A stretch of 64,000 nt of DNA, from NCBI GenBank assembly GCA_023131975.1, contig JAGLYV010000078.1, positions 3,712 to 67,711 of the forward strand. The letters run 5' to 3'. Position 1 is the first letter of the stretch, and each line of letters starts with the position of its first letter. This DNA comes from Candidatus Krumholzibacteriia bacterium (lineage in GTDB: Bacteria > Krumholzibacteriota > Krumholzibacteriia > Krumholzibacteriales > Krumholzibacteriaceae). The notes beneath the pieces were generated by a model, which saw only the letters and a program-made list of their open reading frames with translations, ran no database searches and was not told the origin of the DNA. Of the stretch, positions 1-10,434 are shown in pieces. The translations under genes were made by a program, and so were the position numbers.

Positions 1-372
1 GAAGGGCATCTCCCGCAAGGAGAGCTACAGCCTCACCATACTCCCTGTGACATGCAGGCCTGCCCCTTCTAATATCGTCGTCATCCAGACAGGGGAGGTC
101 GTCGTGGATCAAAGTATAGGCGTGAAGACATTCAATGGCGCAGCCCGCGGTCATCGCGGCCGCCCGGTGCTTTCCGCCGAGTATCTCATGAGTCCATACA
201 CATAGTATGGCTCTCAGCCTCTTTCCCCCACCCAGGACGGCGTATCGCATGGCTTTATGAAGTGATTCCGGGCGCTCCGCACCATCGGGAAGGATAGTTT
301 CAAGAAGGGTGTTGATCCCTGACTTGACCTGCCCCAGTTCGTAACCAATATCTTTTGCCGGCTCGTTATTCA
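1..372 (-). CDS. ispA: Farnesyl/geranylgeranyl diphosphate synthase (trans-isoprenyl diphosphate synthase), N-terminal part; gene runs off the window start
   Basis: Own minus-strand translation: MNNEPAKDIGYELGQVKSGINTLLETILPDGAERPESLHKAMRYAVLGGGKRLRAILCVWTHEILGGKHRAAAMTAGCAIECLHAYTLIHDDLPCLDDDDIRRGRPACHREYGEAVALLAGDAL. This carries the first Asp-rich FARM motif (DDLPCLDDDD...RRG) of polyprenyl synthases. The ATG overlaps the xseB stop. It is absent from the ORF track because the gene is truncated by the window edge. The classic xseB-ispA linkage supports the call. Confidence 0.75.
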
Positions 373-611
373 TTGACAGCGTCACTTTCGAACTCTTCTG
401 AGAGTTTTTTTATCCTCTCATCGGCCTGCTGCAGGATCACCCTGCATTTCCTGCCGATCTTCATCCCCTCTTCATACAGCTTGATGCTTTCTTCCAGAGG
501 AACGACTTCATCTTCAAGACGCCTTACGATCTCCTCAAGCCTCTCTATGGATTCTTCGAAATTGACTTTTACCGCCATCCCTTTTCCTTTCCTTTTTTCT
601 CGACAAGGCAA
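366..611 (-). CDS. xseB: Exodeoxyribonuclease VII small subunit
   Basis: 81-aa helical protein (FEESIERLEEIVRRLE...) typical of XseB. Its start overlaps the xseA 3' end. Confidence 0.8.
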   Translation of the reverse strand: MPCREKRKGKGMAVKVNFEESIERLEEIVRRLEDEVVPLEESIKLYEEGMKIGRKCRVILQQADERIKKLSEEFESDAVNE

Positions 612-2020
612 GAAGCGTTTCCATCATGGAACATTACTTTTATTCGCTGTCCGGGCGAGACGCCGTCCACAGTCCCAACTACTTCATTTCCGTCTCCGGT
701 CACGCAAAACGTGTAACCTCTTTTGAGGATCCCCAAAGGATAGAGCCCTTCCAGCGTTCTCATAATACCATCAGAACTGCTCTTTTTCATGCGAATACTT
801 CCCGATATTTCAGATCTTATCAGTCCCTGCAACCTTCTGAGAGATTCCTTCCCCACCTTGATATTTCCATCGGGAGCATTCCGCACCAGCTCTTTCGTAG
901 AGTCCGCGAGTCGCCGTTCGGACACTCTGCATTTATTCCCCAGGCTGACGCTCATGGAGTTCGCGGCATCATCTATCCGGGTGAGATGATTCTTTGATAT
1001 TCCGGACCAGAGTTCATCAAGTCTCGCAGTCCTGTCTTCAACTCGCAAAAAGGCATCATCTTTCCTGTGTTCGAAAAGTTTGAAAACGCTTCCCCGCATA
1101 ATGTATTCGACAAGGTTAAGTCTTCTTTCAGAAGACCGGAGCCAGTTTTTCCTGATATTTTCAGCAAAACTGTCGAGCCTGTTCAATATATCCAGACTGG
1201 AAGGAGTAGCAAGTTCAGCGGCGGCTGTGGGAGTCGGTGCCCTCAGGTCGGCTACATGGTCGCATATCGTCGTATCCGTCTCATGTCCAATACCCGTAAT
1301 CACGGGATATCTGCATCCTGATACTGCCCGTGCTACAGGTTCCAGATTGAAAGCCCATAGATCCTCGCTGCTACCCCCACCTCTTGCGAGAATTACCAGG
1401 TCCAGGTCTTCCATAGCCTCGATCAGGGCAAAAGCCCGGACGATAGAATCTTTTGCTTTCTGACCCTGGACCTCCGAATGGATATGTTCCAGAGCTGCTA
1501 CTGGCCATCTCCTTTCAACAGTTTTCCTGATATCTCTTATGACCGCCCCCGTCTTCGATGTTATGACGGCTATCTTCTCTGGATATGCGGGGATGACCCG
1601 TTTGCGGGAAATATCCGTGAGCCCTTCGTTTACAAGCTTTCCCAGGAGTCTCTCGAACTCTATCTCAGCCTGCCCCCTGCCTGCGACCACCATGCCATCC
1701 ATGATCAGCTGTGTTTGACCGCTCCCACCGTAATGCGACATTCGTCCTGATGCGATTACGAACATCCCGTTATCGGGAAGGAAAGTGAGCCCGTAAGTAT
1801 TACGTTTGAACATGACAGCACGCAGGAGATTCTTCTCGTCCCTGAGTGTAAGGTAATAATGCCCGGAAATATGAGCCTTGAAGTTGGCGATCTCACCCGC
1901 GACTCTGATCGAGGGAAACTCGGATTCGAGATTCTGCCTCAGCGCATCGGTGATCTCAGAAACTGTATAGATGTCATCAATGCCGCCCATGGAGTGGTTA
2001 TCGGAATCATGCTGATTCAT
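569..2020 (-). CDS. xseA: Exodeoxyribonuclease VII large subunit
   Basis: 483 aa with an N-terminal OB-fold region (VSEITDALRQNLESEFPSIRVAGEIANFK...) and a C-terminal catalytic region. Overlaps xseB, the standard xseA-xseB pair. Confidence 0.85.
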   Translation of the reverse strand: MNQHDSDNHSMGGIDDIYTVSEITDALRQNLESEFPSIRVAGEIANFKAHISGHYYLTLRDEKNLLRAVMFKRNTYGLTFLPDNGMFVIASGRMSHYGGSGQTQLIMDGMVVAGRGQAEIEFERLLGKLVNEGLTDISRKRVIPAYPEKIAVITSKTGAVIRDIRKTVERRWPVAALEHIHSEVQGQKAKDSIVRAFALIEAMEDLDLVILARGGGSSEDLWAFNLEPVARAVSGCRYPVITGIGHETDTTICDHVADLRAPTPTAAAELATPSSLDILNRLDSFAENIRKNWLRSSERRLNLVEYIMRGSVFKLFEHRKDDAFLRVEDRTARLDELWSGISKNHLTRIDDAANSMSVSLGNKCRVSERRLADSTKELVRNAPDGNIKVGKESLRRLQGLIRSEISGSIRMKKSSSDGIMRTLEGLYPLGILKRGYTFCVTGDGNEVVGTVDGVSPGQRIKVMFHDGNASCLVEKKGKEKGWR

Positions 2021-2918
2021 CCGGCATTCCCCTTGCCCATTTTGCAGCCAGAAGAGTGTTTTTCATCAACATCGTGACCGTCATCGGTCCTACGCCTCCT
2101 GGAACAGGTGTGATGAGGGACGCCCGTGGATACACGGAATCGAAATCGATATCTCCCGCCAGACGATATCCCTTTTTCCTCGTTGGATCCTCTACCCTGG
2201 TAGTTCCAACGTCTATGGCTACGACACCTTCTTTTACCATGTCTCCGGTTATCATATAAGGTTGACCTGCCGCGGCGATAAGGATATCAGCATCGATTGT
2301 CGCATCCTTCAGATCTACGGTCCGGGAATGACATATCGTAACAGTGGCATTGCCTGTGTCGGATTGTCCTGAAAGAAGAAGAGCCATCGGTTTTCCTACG
2401 ATAAGACTCCTGCCCACAATAGTCACTTTTTTTCCTTTTGTATCTACACCATATTTCTTTAAGAGAACTGTTATTCCAAGAGGTGTGCAGGAAACGAAGG
2501 TCGGTTTATCGGCAGCCAGCCGTCCGAGGCTGTAAGGATGGAAGCCGTCTACATCCTTTGAGGGAGCGATTGCCTCGATGACTTTTTGCTGATCTATATG
2601 AGAGGGAAGGGGCATCTGCACGAGGATGCCATCGACATCTTCGTCATCGTTAAGTTTTTTTATCCTGTCGAGAAAATAGCCCTCGGATATGTCCGCCGGC
2701 ATTTCTATCAGATCCGATCTGATCCCTATCTTCTCCGCTTTTCTGACCTTCATGCCGACATATGACTGAGAGGCTGGATCTTCCCCGACAATGACGACGG
2801 TGAGTCCCGGCGGTTTTCGAGTCATGGAGAATTCAAGGACTTCTTTCCTGATCTCCTCAGTGATCTCCGCGCCTACTGCCTTGCCATCAATGATTTTTTC
2901 TGACTGTGTATTTTTCAT
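2007..2918 (-). CDS. folD: Bifunctional methylenetetrahydrofolate dehydrogenase / methenyl-THF cyclohydrolase
   Basis: 303 aa. FolD hallmarks are GKAVGAEI..., VGEDPASQSYVGMKVRKAE and a C-terminal Rossmann segment VTIVGRSLIVGKPMA...TVTICHSRT. Confidence 0.9.
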   Translation of the reverse strand: MKNTQSEKIIDGKAVGAEITEEIRKEVLEFSMTRKPPGLTVVIVGEDPASQSYVGMKVRKAEKIGIRSDLIEMPADISEGYFLDRIKKLNDDEDVDGILVQMPLPSHIDQQKVIEAIAPSKDVDGFHPYSLGRLAADKPTFVSCTPLGITVLLKKYGVDTKGKKVTIVGRSLIVGKPMALLLSGQSDTGNATVTICHSRTVDLKDATIDADILIAAAGQPYMITGDMVKEGVVAIDVGTTRVEDPTRKKGYRLAGDIDFDSVYPRASLITPVPGGVGPMTVTMLMKNTLLAAKWARGMPDESA

Positions 2919-3706
2919 GATGATGCCTCATCGACAAACCTGTGGATCCTCTCGACCCTGATGGTTTTCCCATTTTCATCATCAATTTCCGCGAATATTC
3001 CTTCGATACAGGGGTCCTCTCCCCCTGCCTGGAACCGCACATTGACGCCTTTCAAAAACCTTTCTATGACCTGCTTTTTGTCTACCCCGATGACCGACGA
3101 CCAGGGTCCGGTCATACCGATATCCGTCTGATATCCAGTTCCCTGCGGAAGGATCCTCTCATCAGCAGTAGGTATATGAGTGTGGGTGCCCGCCAGCAGG
3201 CTTACCCTCCCATCCAGATAGTTCGCGAGCGCCAGTTTTTCACTTGTCGCTTCAGCGTGAAAATCTATGATGATGATTTTAACATCGGAAGGCATCGAAG
3301 AAAGAATGCTATCAGCTTTTCGAAATGGGCAATCGATATCCGGCATGAAGGTCCTGCCCTGAAGATTGATGACGCAGATGCTACTGCCCCCGGCTTCGGT
3401 GATCGTATACCCGATACCAGGTACACCAGGCGGATAATTCGCGGGACGGAGGAGATCATCGCTGGCATCGAGCAACCGTATCCCTTCCCTCTTATCCCAT
3501 ATGTGATTTCCGCTCGTCATCACATCTACGCCGGCGGCTTTGATCTCCCTTATGACTTTTTCAGTCACTCCAAACATTCCGGCGGCATTTTCTACATTTG
3601 CCGTACAAAGATCTACCTTATACTCACCTTTCAGTGAAGGCAGCCCTGCCTCAAGGGCTTTTCTGCCCACCCTGGACAGAATATCTCCGAGCATGAGCAC
3701 GTTCAT
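2915..3706 (-). CDS. ymdB: YmdB-family metallophosphoesterase (2',3'-cyclic-nucleotide phosphodiesterase-like)
   Basis: 263 aa, near-colinear with remembered B. subtilis YmdB (MNVLMLGDI..GR...NGENAA...GNHIWDK...LRPANYP...INLQGRTFMP...IDFHAEATSEKLA..GTHTH.PTAD.RILP.GT.Y.TD.GMTGP). It sits downstream of rny as in Firmicutes. Confidence 0.8.
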   Translation of the reverse strand: MNVLMLGDILSRVGRKALEAGLPSLKGEYKVDLCTANVENAAGMFGVTEKVIREIKAAGVDVMTSGNHIWDKREGIRLLDASDDLLRPANYPPGVPGIGYTITEAGGSSICVINLQGRTFMPDIDCPFRKADSILSSMPSDVKIIIIDFHAEATSEKLALANYLDGRVSLLAGTHTHIPTADERILPQGTGYQTDIGMTGPWSSVIGVDKKQVIERFLKGVNVRFQAGGEDPCIEGIFAEIDDENGKTIRVERIHRFVDEASS

Positions 3707-3776
3707 ACGAAGTCTCCAGACTTATTGATATGGATCGTGCGGGGAATGCTTTCCCTCAGGCATTTTGTCCACCTGA

Positions 3777-5342
3777 TCATCTCGCAAAATCCACGGACCT
3801 TGTCTCCCGGATCACCACTACCTTGATCTGGCCGGGATACTCCATATCATCCTCGACCTTTCGCGCTATATCCGTTGCAAGCTGGACAGCATGGGCATCG
3901 TCTACCTTCTTGTGGCTGACAAGTATCCTGATCTCCCTCCCTGCCTGAATAGCGTACGATTTCTCGACACCTTCGAAAGCATCGGCAATCTTTTCGAGCT
4001 TTTCAAGTCTTCTTATATAGTTCTCAAGAGTCTCACGTCTTGCTCCAGGCCTTGCGCCAGAAATGGCATCTGCAGCAGAGACTATATGAGCGATCAGAGA
4101 AGTAGCTTCTACATCCTCGTGGTGAGAAGCGATTGAGTTTATAACGATTTCGTTCTCGCCGTAACGTTTCGCGAAATCAGCACCGATTTCAGCGTGAGGG
4201 CCATCGATCTCGTGATCCGCAGCCTTCCCGATGTCATGAAGCAACCCGGCTCTCTTGGCAATGACAGGATCCAGTCCAAGCTCACTTGCAAGCATTGAAG
4301 CCACAAAAGCGACTTCCTTTGAATGCTGAAGCACGTTCTGACCGTACGAAGTCCTGTATTTAAGCCTCCCCAGAAGTTTTGTCATTTCGGGATGCAGTCC
4401 ATGAATATTCAGATCAAGGTAGGTCTGTTCACCGATCTCCCTTATCTCTTCAAGGAGGTCCTTTCTCGTCTTTTCGACGAGTTCCTCGATACGACCGGGG
4501 TGGATCCTGCCGTCCTTGACCAACTTCTCCAGAGACAGTCTTGCGACTTCCCTTCTTATCGGATCGAAGCCGGACAGTATTACAGCTTCCGGGGTGTCAT
4601 CGATGATTACATCGATCCCCGTCGCGCTTTCGAAAGCCCTGATATTCCGGCCTTCCCTTCCTATGATCCTCCCTTTCATCTCATCGTTCGGGAGATCTAC
4701 TACTGACACGGTGGATTCAACGACATGATCCGCGGCACATCGCTCTATAGCGAGGGTGATTATCTCCCTGCTGGCCTTTGTCGCGTTTCTTTCCGCTTCA
4801 TCCTTGATCTCTTTGATTTTCCTTGCGGCCTGCAGTTTTGCTTCACCCTCAAGGTTCGTTATCAGAAGCTTCATCGCAGCCTCTGTGCTCATACCAGCAA
4901 TCTTCTCCAGTTTTTCGTTCTGGCGATGCAGGATTTGAGCAAGCTCTTCATTTTTTTCGGAGACGACACCTATTTTCTTTTCCAGGGTCATTTTCTTGTC
5001 GTTGATCTCCAGCTCGCGCTTTTCGAGGTAGTCCACCTTGCGGTTTATATTCTGTTCCTTCTCCTCGATTCGCCTTTCCAGCTTTTTGAGTTCGACCCTT
5101 TCATCAGCAGTGTCCCTTTCGAACTTCTGCTTCGCCTTATACCAATCATCTTTTGCCTCGAGCATCGACGCTTTTTTCCTTGTCTCAGCCTCTTTCTGTG
5201 CCTCCGCTATAATGTTTCCAGCGAGTTTCTGAGTATGTTTCATCTGGCTCTGAGCTATTTTCCTGCTCGACAGCCATCCAACGAAAAAGCCAAGGAAAAG
5301 AACGAGGATTCCCGCCGAAATATAGAAAAAGATACTATCCAT
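3777..5342 (-). CDS. rny: Ribonuclease Y (N-terminal TM anchor, coiled coil, KH and HD domains)
   Basis: Has a KH motif [15 protein letters not shown] and an HD motif [17 protein letters not shown]...LLHDIGKA. The N-terminal TM helix begins right after [24 protein letters not shown] chose the ATG at 5342 rather than the upstream ATG at 5501, but the true start is uncertain (no strong SD at either). Confidence 0.8.
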   Translation of the reverse strand: MDSIFFYISAGILVLFLGFFVGWLSSRKIAQSQMKHTQKLAGNIIAEAQKEAETRKKASMLEAKDDWYKAKQKFERDTADERVELKKLERRIEEKEQNINRKVDYLEKRELEINDKKMTLEKKIGVVSEKNEELAQILHRQNEKLEKIAGMSTEAAMKLLITNLEGEAKLQAARKIKEIKDEAERNATKASREIITLAIERCAADHVVESTVSVVDLPNDEMKGRIIGREGRNIRAFESATGIDVIIDDTPEAVILSGFDPIRREVARLSLEKLVKDGRIHPGRIEELVEKTRKDLLEEIREIGEQTYLDLNIHGLHPEMTKLLGRLKYRTSYGQNVLQHSKEVAFVASMLASELGLDPVIAKRAGLLHDIGKAADHEIDGPHAEIGADFAKRYGENEIVINSIASHHEDVEATSLIAHIVSAADAISGARPGARRETLENYIRRLEKLEKIADAFEGVEKSYAIQAGREIRILVSHKKVDDAHAVQLATDIARKVEDDMEYPGQIKVVVIRETRSVDFAR

Positions 5343-5429
5343 TTTTATGTGCCCGTATCCTGCCGGGCGGCTCACCTCCTGAAAGTCACAATTCATCACT
5401 GATTGTGAAACGTTTAAATTTTTCTTAAT

Positions 5430-5690
5430 GAGGAGAAACGGGCTGGAAAAAGGAAAATTCCCCACTAGAATGCCGTGAAGGAAGGACCTTTTTAAGCCCA
5501 AAACAACAAGGTGGATATCCCAGCGGCCTTCTCAACCTTCCTGGCAGCGCCAGGCATGGCATCCCAAGCCAGCGTTTGGATCTCCGGGCTCAAAGTGTTG
5601 GCAAAAAATGGTCTTCGCCCACACAAACACAGCAGGGAATTTCTATTCTTCTTTCATCTTTCTCAAATCCCCACTCCAAGTGTCTTTCGA
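5430..5690 (-). ncRNA. Candidate structured ncRNA in the 365-nt zapA-rny intergenic region (possibly 6S/SsrS-like); boundaries approximate
   Basis: No convincing ORF lies between the zapA stop (5708) and the rny start (5342). The minus-strand sequence has complementary distal segments (5'-GAAGAAUAGAAAUUCCC ... GGGGAAUUUUCCUUUUUCC-3') that could form a long irregular closing stem around internal hairpins (CCUGGCGCUGCCAGG). In many bacteria ssrS lies immediately downstream of zapA. This is unverified by folding or a covariance model. Confidence 0.2.
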
Positions 5691-5707
5691 CTCAAGGGGT
5701 CAGAGAA

Positions 5708-6004
5708 TTAACTTCCTGCACCAATCTTGTCTTCAATGAGTTCGCCCAACTGAGCAGCGCGCCTACCGAGTTCCTCTTGAATATTATCGCTGTCTTCCCT
5801 TTCCTGATGTAACTCGTCGGCGATATTTAGAGCAGCTAATATTGCGATTCGTGATTGAGACATTATTCCACTCGAATGGGCTATCTCCCTCATCTTCTGG
5901 TCAACATAGCCGGCGATCATGTGAATATAGTGAGGATCACCGACACCCTTTATTTTATACTCCTGACCAAAAATCTCCACTTTCTCTGTGTTCTTTTCGG
6001 TCAT
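5708..6004 (-). CDS. zapA: Cell division protein ZapA
   Basis: About 98 aa (MTEKNTEKVEIFGQEYKIKG...). Start chosen at the second ATG, which is preceded by GAGAGGTAGGAAG (SD). It is adjacent to a ZapB-like coiled-coil gene. Confidence 0.7.
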   Translation of the reverse strand: MTEKNTEKVEIFGQEYKIKGVGDPHYIHMIAGYVDQKMREIAHSSGIMSQSRIAILAALNIADELHQEREDSDNIQEELGRRAAQLGELIEDKIGAGS

Positions 6005-6080
6005 CTTCCTACCTCTCAAGATCAATACAGTTTATTCCTCCCGACCCCAGCCCGGAAACAACCTCGTCAGAAGTGCATGA

Positions 6081-6365
6081 TCAGATATCCAGACCATCCA
6101 GCTTCATGAGCATCTCCTCGATTTTGTTTCCTATCTCCTCTCTAGTTTTATCGAAATCTTTTCCCTTCTCTTTATCCATCTTAAAGATTTCGAGTTCTTT
6201 AGCCATTTCCTCATTTTTAATATATAACGATTCTATTTTTTCTTTCAATACTTTATTAGCTTCTTCCATTTTCTTTTTTTCATCAGCCAGACGCCCAATG
6301 AGTTCCGCCGCTTTAACTATTTTATTTTCAAGCATTTCCAGACTAGCCAAACCGGTCGAACTCAT
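6081..6365 (-). CDS. zapB: ZapB-like coiled-coil cell-division protein
   Basis: 94-aa all-helical heptad-repeat protein (ASLEMLENKIVKAAELIGRLADEKKKMEEANKVLKEK) resembling ZapB. Lies immediately upstream of zapA. Confidence 0.55.
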   Translation of the reverse strand: MSSTGLASLEMLENKIVKAAELIGRLADEKKKMEEANKVLKEKIESLYIKNEEMAKELEIFKMDKEKGKDFDKTREEIGNKIEEMLMKLDGLDI

Positions 6366-6367
6366 TC

Positions 6368-8788
6368 TTACTCCATCCTTCTTAATGTAACCTGCAATTC
6401 ACGCTGCAGGCTGTTAAGGACCTTTTGAATTACTTTGTCCACAGCGCCATCGTCCAGTGTATTGTCCCGAGACCTGAAACCAAGGCTGAAAGTGTAGCTT
6501 CTCCGACCTTCTCCAAGAGCCTCACCCTGATAGTAATCGAAAAGTCTTATAGATTCAAGGAATTTAGCTCTTTTCTCTATTACTCTTCTTATATCAGCGA
6601 ATGTAACTCGTTCCTGTGCAACAACACAGAGGTCTCTCTTTACCTGCGGGTAGGGACTCAGCCTGGAATACCTGGGTTCTTCGAACCCTGCCCCATGCAT
6701 CACATCCATTATCGCGGTAAAGAAATGGACGGGACTCTCTATCTCGTAGTTTTTCAGGACACTAGAGGGAATGACTCCGGAAATCGCAATTATCTTCCCT
6801 TTTGTCAACCAGTTATAAATATAGGCGGGTTCCTCTTCCTTATTCCGCTGTATCTGTAACTCCGACCTGACAGCGCAACGGTCAAGAAGATATTCCAGTT
6901 CACCCTTCATATCGAAATAATCGACTTCCCTGGATTGATCTATCCACTGGGCTGGAACTGCAGTCCTTGATAACATAGCAGTTAGATGCACCTGTTCGTC
7001 AGGAAGACTCTCTCCGCCATTAACAGGAAGAAACACCTTACCCATCTCGAATATCCTGATACCCTCCTGTTCGGCTGGAGCATTTCTGGAGATCACTCTC
7101 AACATCCCCGGAATCAGTGAAGTCCTCATAGCAGACTGCTGCACTGAAAGCGGATTCTCCAGTCTTATCGGCCTACTCCGGAAATCAGACTCACTCCACC
7201 CCATACGGTCAGGATCTTCCATATTCATAAATGAGGATGTGATTACTTCGGCAAAGCCCCTTGAAGCCAGAAAAGACCTTACCTCCTCATTTCTTTTATC
7301 GACAGTTGATATCTTCGAGAATACGTTCCCCCTCAGATACTCTTCCCTTCCGATATTCTCGTATCCGTATAATCGAGCCACTTCCTCGATTATATCTACC
7401 TCTTCCTTAAGATCTCTCCTGAAGCCGGGGACTATAACGATAACTTCATCTTCCGAGACTTCACAATCAAGTGCCAGCCTCTCCAGAAGACTGGAAAGGT
7501 CATCTCCGTCAAGATGAGTGCCCATGAGCCTGTTTGCCTGAGCAATCCTCAGGGTGATCTTCGTTTTTTCTACTGCTTCAGGTTTTGCTACGAAATCGCG
7601 ACAGGCTGTCTCAGGAATCCCGGCTTTTATCTCCCGGATAAGCCAGCAGGCTCTTTCCAGAGCTTTTACAGTTCCGCTCACATCACTTCCACGCTCGAAC
7701 CTGTATGATGCCTCTGTATCCAGCTTGAGAGATTGACTGGACCGCCTTATCGTCCGGGGACCGAATGCGGCACTTTCCAGAAGGATACGGGTAGTTTTAT
7801 CACTTACCTCCGTATCGGCTCCCCCCATGATCCCGGCGATACCTACGGAGCCATCCTGATCCTTGATCACGAGAACGTCAGGATCGATTTTTCGTTCAGT
7901 CTCGTCCAGAGTTATAATCGTCTCGTTATCATGCCCCCTGCGGACTCCTATCGATTCTCCAGCGAGTCTGTCGCGGTCATACGCGTGAAGCGGCTGACCG
8001 AGTTCCATCAGAACAAAATTAGTCACATCCACTATATTGCTGATCGGCTTTACGCCTGCCGACAAAAGAAGCTTCTGCATCCATTCTGGAGAGGGAACAA
8101 TAGTGACATTATCGATAAAAGCAGCCGAAAATCTCGGGCAGTCCTCCGGATCTTCGATATCGATTCCATAGACCTCTTCCGGTTCAAGGGCAAAGGTCTC
8201 AGGCTCACGAAGTTTTCTTTTATAAAGGGCCGCGATCTCTCTCGCTATTCCCAGATGAGAGAGCTGGTCAGGCCTGTTAGGGGTCACCTCTATATCGAGT
8301 ATTACATCGTCATCGCCCAGTAATCCGGAAAGATCAGCGCCAGCATCCAACTCAAGATCGAGTTCCATTATTCCACCAGAATCGGTTCCGATCCCCAACT
8401 CTGTCTCGGAACAGATCATACCTTCCGATGGTTCGCCACGGAGCTTCGTCTTTTTTATCTTGAATCCGTCCTTTAATACCGCTCCATCGACAGCAACGGC
8501 CACACTCAGACCGACTCTGACATTGGGCGCACCGCAGACGATATCCAAAAGCTTCGCGCCGCCGACATCCACCTTACAGACACTAAGTTTGTCCGCGGCC
8601 GGATGCTTTCCGCATTCCACTACTTTTCCGAAAACGACTCCCGAGTAATCCGCACCCAGATCTTCTACACCTTCAACGTTCAATCCGAACATCGTGAGGT
8701 CAGATGCCAGGGCCTCTGGTGATTCCTCTATGTCCACATACTTTTTCAACCAGTTTATGCTGACTTTCAATCCTGCACCCCCGCCCAC
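6368..8788 (-). CDS. pheT: Phenylalanine--tRNA ligase beta subunit
   Basis: 806 aa with an N-terminal tRNA-binding domain, B3/B4, B5 and FDX-ACB domains. Overlaps the pheS end by 22 nt. Confidence 0.9.
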   Translation of the reverse strand: MGGGAGLKVSINWLKKYVDIEESPEALASDLTMFGLNVEGVEDLGADYSGVVFGKVVECGKHPAADKLSVCKVDVGGAKLLDIVCGAPNVRVGLSVAVAVDGAVLKDGFKIKKTKLRGEPSEGMICSETELGIGTDSGGIMELDLELDAGADLSGLLGDDDVILDIEVTPNRPDQLSHLGIAREIAALYKRKLREPETFALEPEEVYGIDIEDPEDCPRFSAAFIDNVTIVPSPEWMQKLLLSAGVKPISNIVDVTNFVLMELGQPLHAYDRDRLAGESIGVRRGHDNETIITLDETERKIDPDVLVIKDQDGSVGIAGIMGGADTEVSDKTTRILLESAAFGPRTIRRSSQSLKLDTEASYRFERGSDVSGTVKALERACWLIREIKAGIPETACRDFVAKPEAVEKTKITLRIAQANRLMGTHLDGDDLSSLLERLALDCEVSEDEVIVIVPGFRRDLKEEVDIIEEVARLYGYENIGREEYLRGNVFSKISTVDKRNEEVRSFLASRGFAEVITSSFMNMEDPDRMGWSESDFRSRPIRLENPLSVQQSAMRTSLIPGMLRVISRNAPAEQEGIRIFEMGKVFLPVNGGESLPDEQVHLTAMLSRTAVPAQWIDQSREVDYFDMKGELEYLLDRCAVRSELQIQRNKEEEPAYIYNWLTKGKIIAISGVIPSSVLKNYEIESPVHFFTAIMDVMHGAGFEEPRYSRLSPYPQVKRDLCVVAQERVTFADIRRVIEKRAKFLESIRLFDYYQGEALGEGRRSYTFSLGFRSRDNTLDDGAVDKVIQKVLNSLQRELQVTLRRME

Positions 8789-9828
8789 GATCCGGACCAG
8801 AACTGGCCCAGGAATCGGATATCATTGGCAAGAAACCTTCGAATATCATCAATGCCGTATTTAAGCATCGCTATTCTATCGATACCCATACCGAATGCGA
8901 ACCCGGTGACAGAATCAGGGTCATACCCCGCGTATTTGAACACATTCGGATGGACCATTCCCGCCCCCATGATCTCTATCCATCCCGTCTTCTGACATAT
9001 GGAACAGCCTTCTCCCCTGCAACCGAAACACTCCATATCTACTTCCGCGCTGGGTTCAGTAAACGGGAAAAAATGAGGACGGAATCGTACTTTTACGTCT
9101 GGACCAAAAAAGGAATGAATAAAGAAAGTGACATCGTTTCTGAGGTCCGCAAGCGATACATTCCTGTCCACATACAGTCCCTCGATCTGATGGAATTCCG
9201 CAGCATGAGACGGGTCAGGTGTCTCATTCCTGTATACCCTTCCAGGTGATATGATCCTGAGGGGTGGGTCGTTTTTCTCCATATACCTTACCTGCACAGG
9301 AGATGTCTGTGTCCTGAGCAGGATGTCTCTGTTCACATAGAATGTGTCCTGAGAATCCCGGGATGGATGGTCCTCCGGAAAATTCAGAGCTTCAAAATTG
9401 TAGTAATCCAGTTCTACATCGGGTCCTTCAGCCAGGGAATATCCCATCCGGAAGAATATCTCCTTGATGTCTCTCGTGACCCTCGTCAAAACATGAAGAC
9501 CACCCTGCGAGAAAACCCTGCCAGGCAAAGCGTGATCCCCGGGAAAGGGCTCGGGGTCACCGATATTTGCGGATATCTCTTCCAGGCGAGCAGAATATAT
9601 ACCGGACAGTTTCCCCTTGATCTCATTAATCAGGTTTCCCATTGCAGGGCGTTCGCCAGCTGGAAGGCTGCCTATGGATCTAAGTGAAAGAGTCAGACTT
9701 CCCTTTCTCCCAAGATATTTTACGCGCAACTCTTCGATCGCGCCGATATCTGACGCTTCACCTAGTTCCCGTACCGCTGTTTGTTCGAGTTCCTCAAGGG
9801 TCTGTCTGTCGATTCCCTTATTGTTCAT
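8767..9828 (-). CDS. pheS: Phenylalanine--tRNA ligase alpha subunit
   Basis: 353 aa with class II aaRS motifs (..FRPHFFPFTEPSAEVD.., GAGMVHPNV...GFAFGMGIDRIAM). Confidence 0.9.
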   Translation of the reverse strand: MNNKGIDRQTLEELEQTAVRELGEASDIGAIEELRVKYLGRKGSLTLSLRSIGSLPAGERPAMGNLINEIKGKLSGIYSARLEEISANIGDPEPFPGDHALPGRVFSQGGLHVLTRVTRDIKEIFFRMGYSLAEGPDVELDYYNFEALNFPEDHPSRDSQDTFYVNRDILLRTQTSPVQVRYMEKNDPPLRIISPGRVYRNETPDPSHAAEFHQIEGLYVDRNVSLADLRNDVTFFIHSFFGPDVKVRFRPHFFPFTEPSAEVDMECFGCRGEGCSICQKTGWIEIMGAGMVHPNVFKYAGYDPDSVTGFAFGMGIDRIAMLKYGIDDIRRFLANDIRFLGQFWSGSWAGVQD

Positions 9829-10182
9829 CTACTGTGCTTCCTTCGCGATCTCGGCCAGTTTGGCGAAACCGTCAGCGTCATTGATAGCGATTTCCGAAAG
9901 CATCTTCCGATTGATCTCGATATCCGATTTCTTCAGTCCGTTAATAAACCTGCTGTAGCTGAGTCCATTGACTCTCGCAGCAGCGTTTATACGGGCGATC
10001 CATAATCTGCGAAAATCTCTTTTCCTTACGCGCCTGTCCCGGTAAGCATATGAAAGGGCCCTGTTCACGGCTTCCTGGGCACTGCGGAACAGTTTTCCAC
10101 GTCCACCCACAAAGCCCTTGGCCTGTTTCAACACCTTCTTTTTTCTCTTGTGTGAAGCCACACTGTGTTTCGTTCTCGGCAT
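9829..10182 (-). CDS. rplT: 50S ribosomal protein L20
   Basis: 117 aa ([24 protein letters not shown]...[24 protein letters not shown]). Confidence 0.9.
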   Translation of the reverse strand: MPRTKHSVASHKRKKKVLKQAKGFVGGRGKLFRSAQEAVNRALSYAYRDRRVRKRDFRRLWIARINAAARVNGLSYSRFINGLKKSDIEINRKMLSEIAINDADGFAKLAEIAKEAQ

Positions 10183-10239
10183 ACTGAAAGCTCCTGTTAC
10201 GTCTCTTCTTATATTCTCAATTAAATGATACAGGCTCCT

Positions 10240-10434
10240 CTAGAGCCCAAGCATTCTCCTGATCCTTCTTGTATCGGATTCAGATGCAATTGTCTGCTTG
10301 CGCAATTTGCGTTTCCTTTTAGTGGATTTTTTCGTCAGAATATGACTCGCATACGCCTTATGTCTCCGGATCTTTCCAGTTCCGGTAAGACGGAATCTTT
10401 TGGCTGCGCCTCTGTTAGTCTTTATTTTCGGCAT
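10240..10434 (-). CDS. rpmI: 50S ribosomal protein L35
   Basis: [27 protein letters not shown]... The start is at the internal ATG of the listed ORF, since the first four residues MQQQ are an upstream extension. Confidence 0.85.
   Translation of the reverse strand: MPKIKTNRGAAKRFRLTGTGKIRRHKAYASHILTKKSTKRKRKLRKQTIASESDTRRIRRMLGL

Noticed and set aside
5343-5501. N-terminal 53-aa extension of the rny ORF ([10 protein letters not shown]...)
   Set aside because: RNase Y proteins begin only a few residues before the TM anchor. The extension has no homology and would place an AGGAGG sequence inside the coding frame. I prefer the start at 5342, although the site is not certain.
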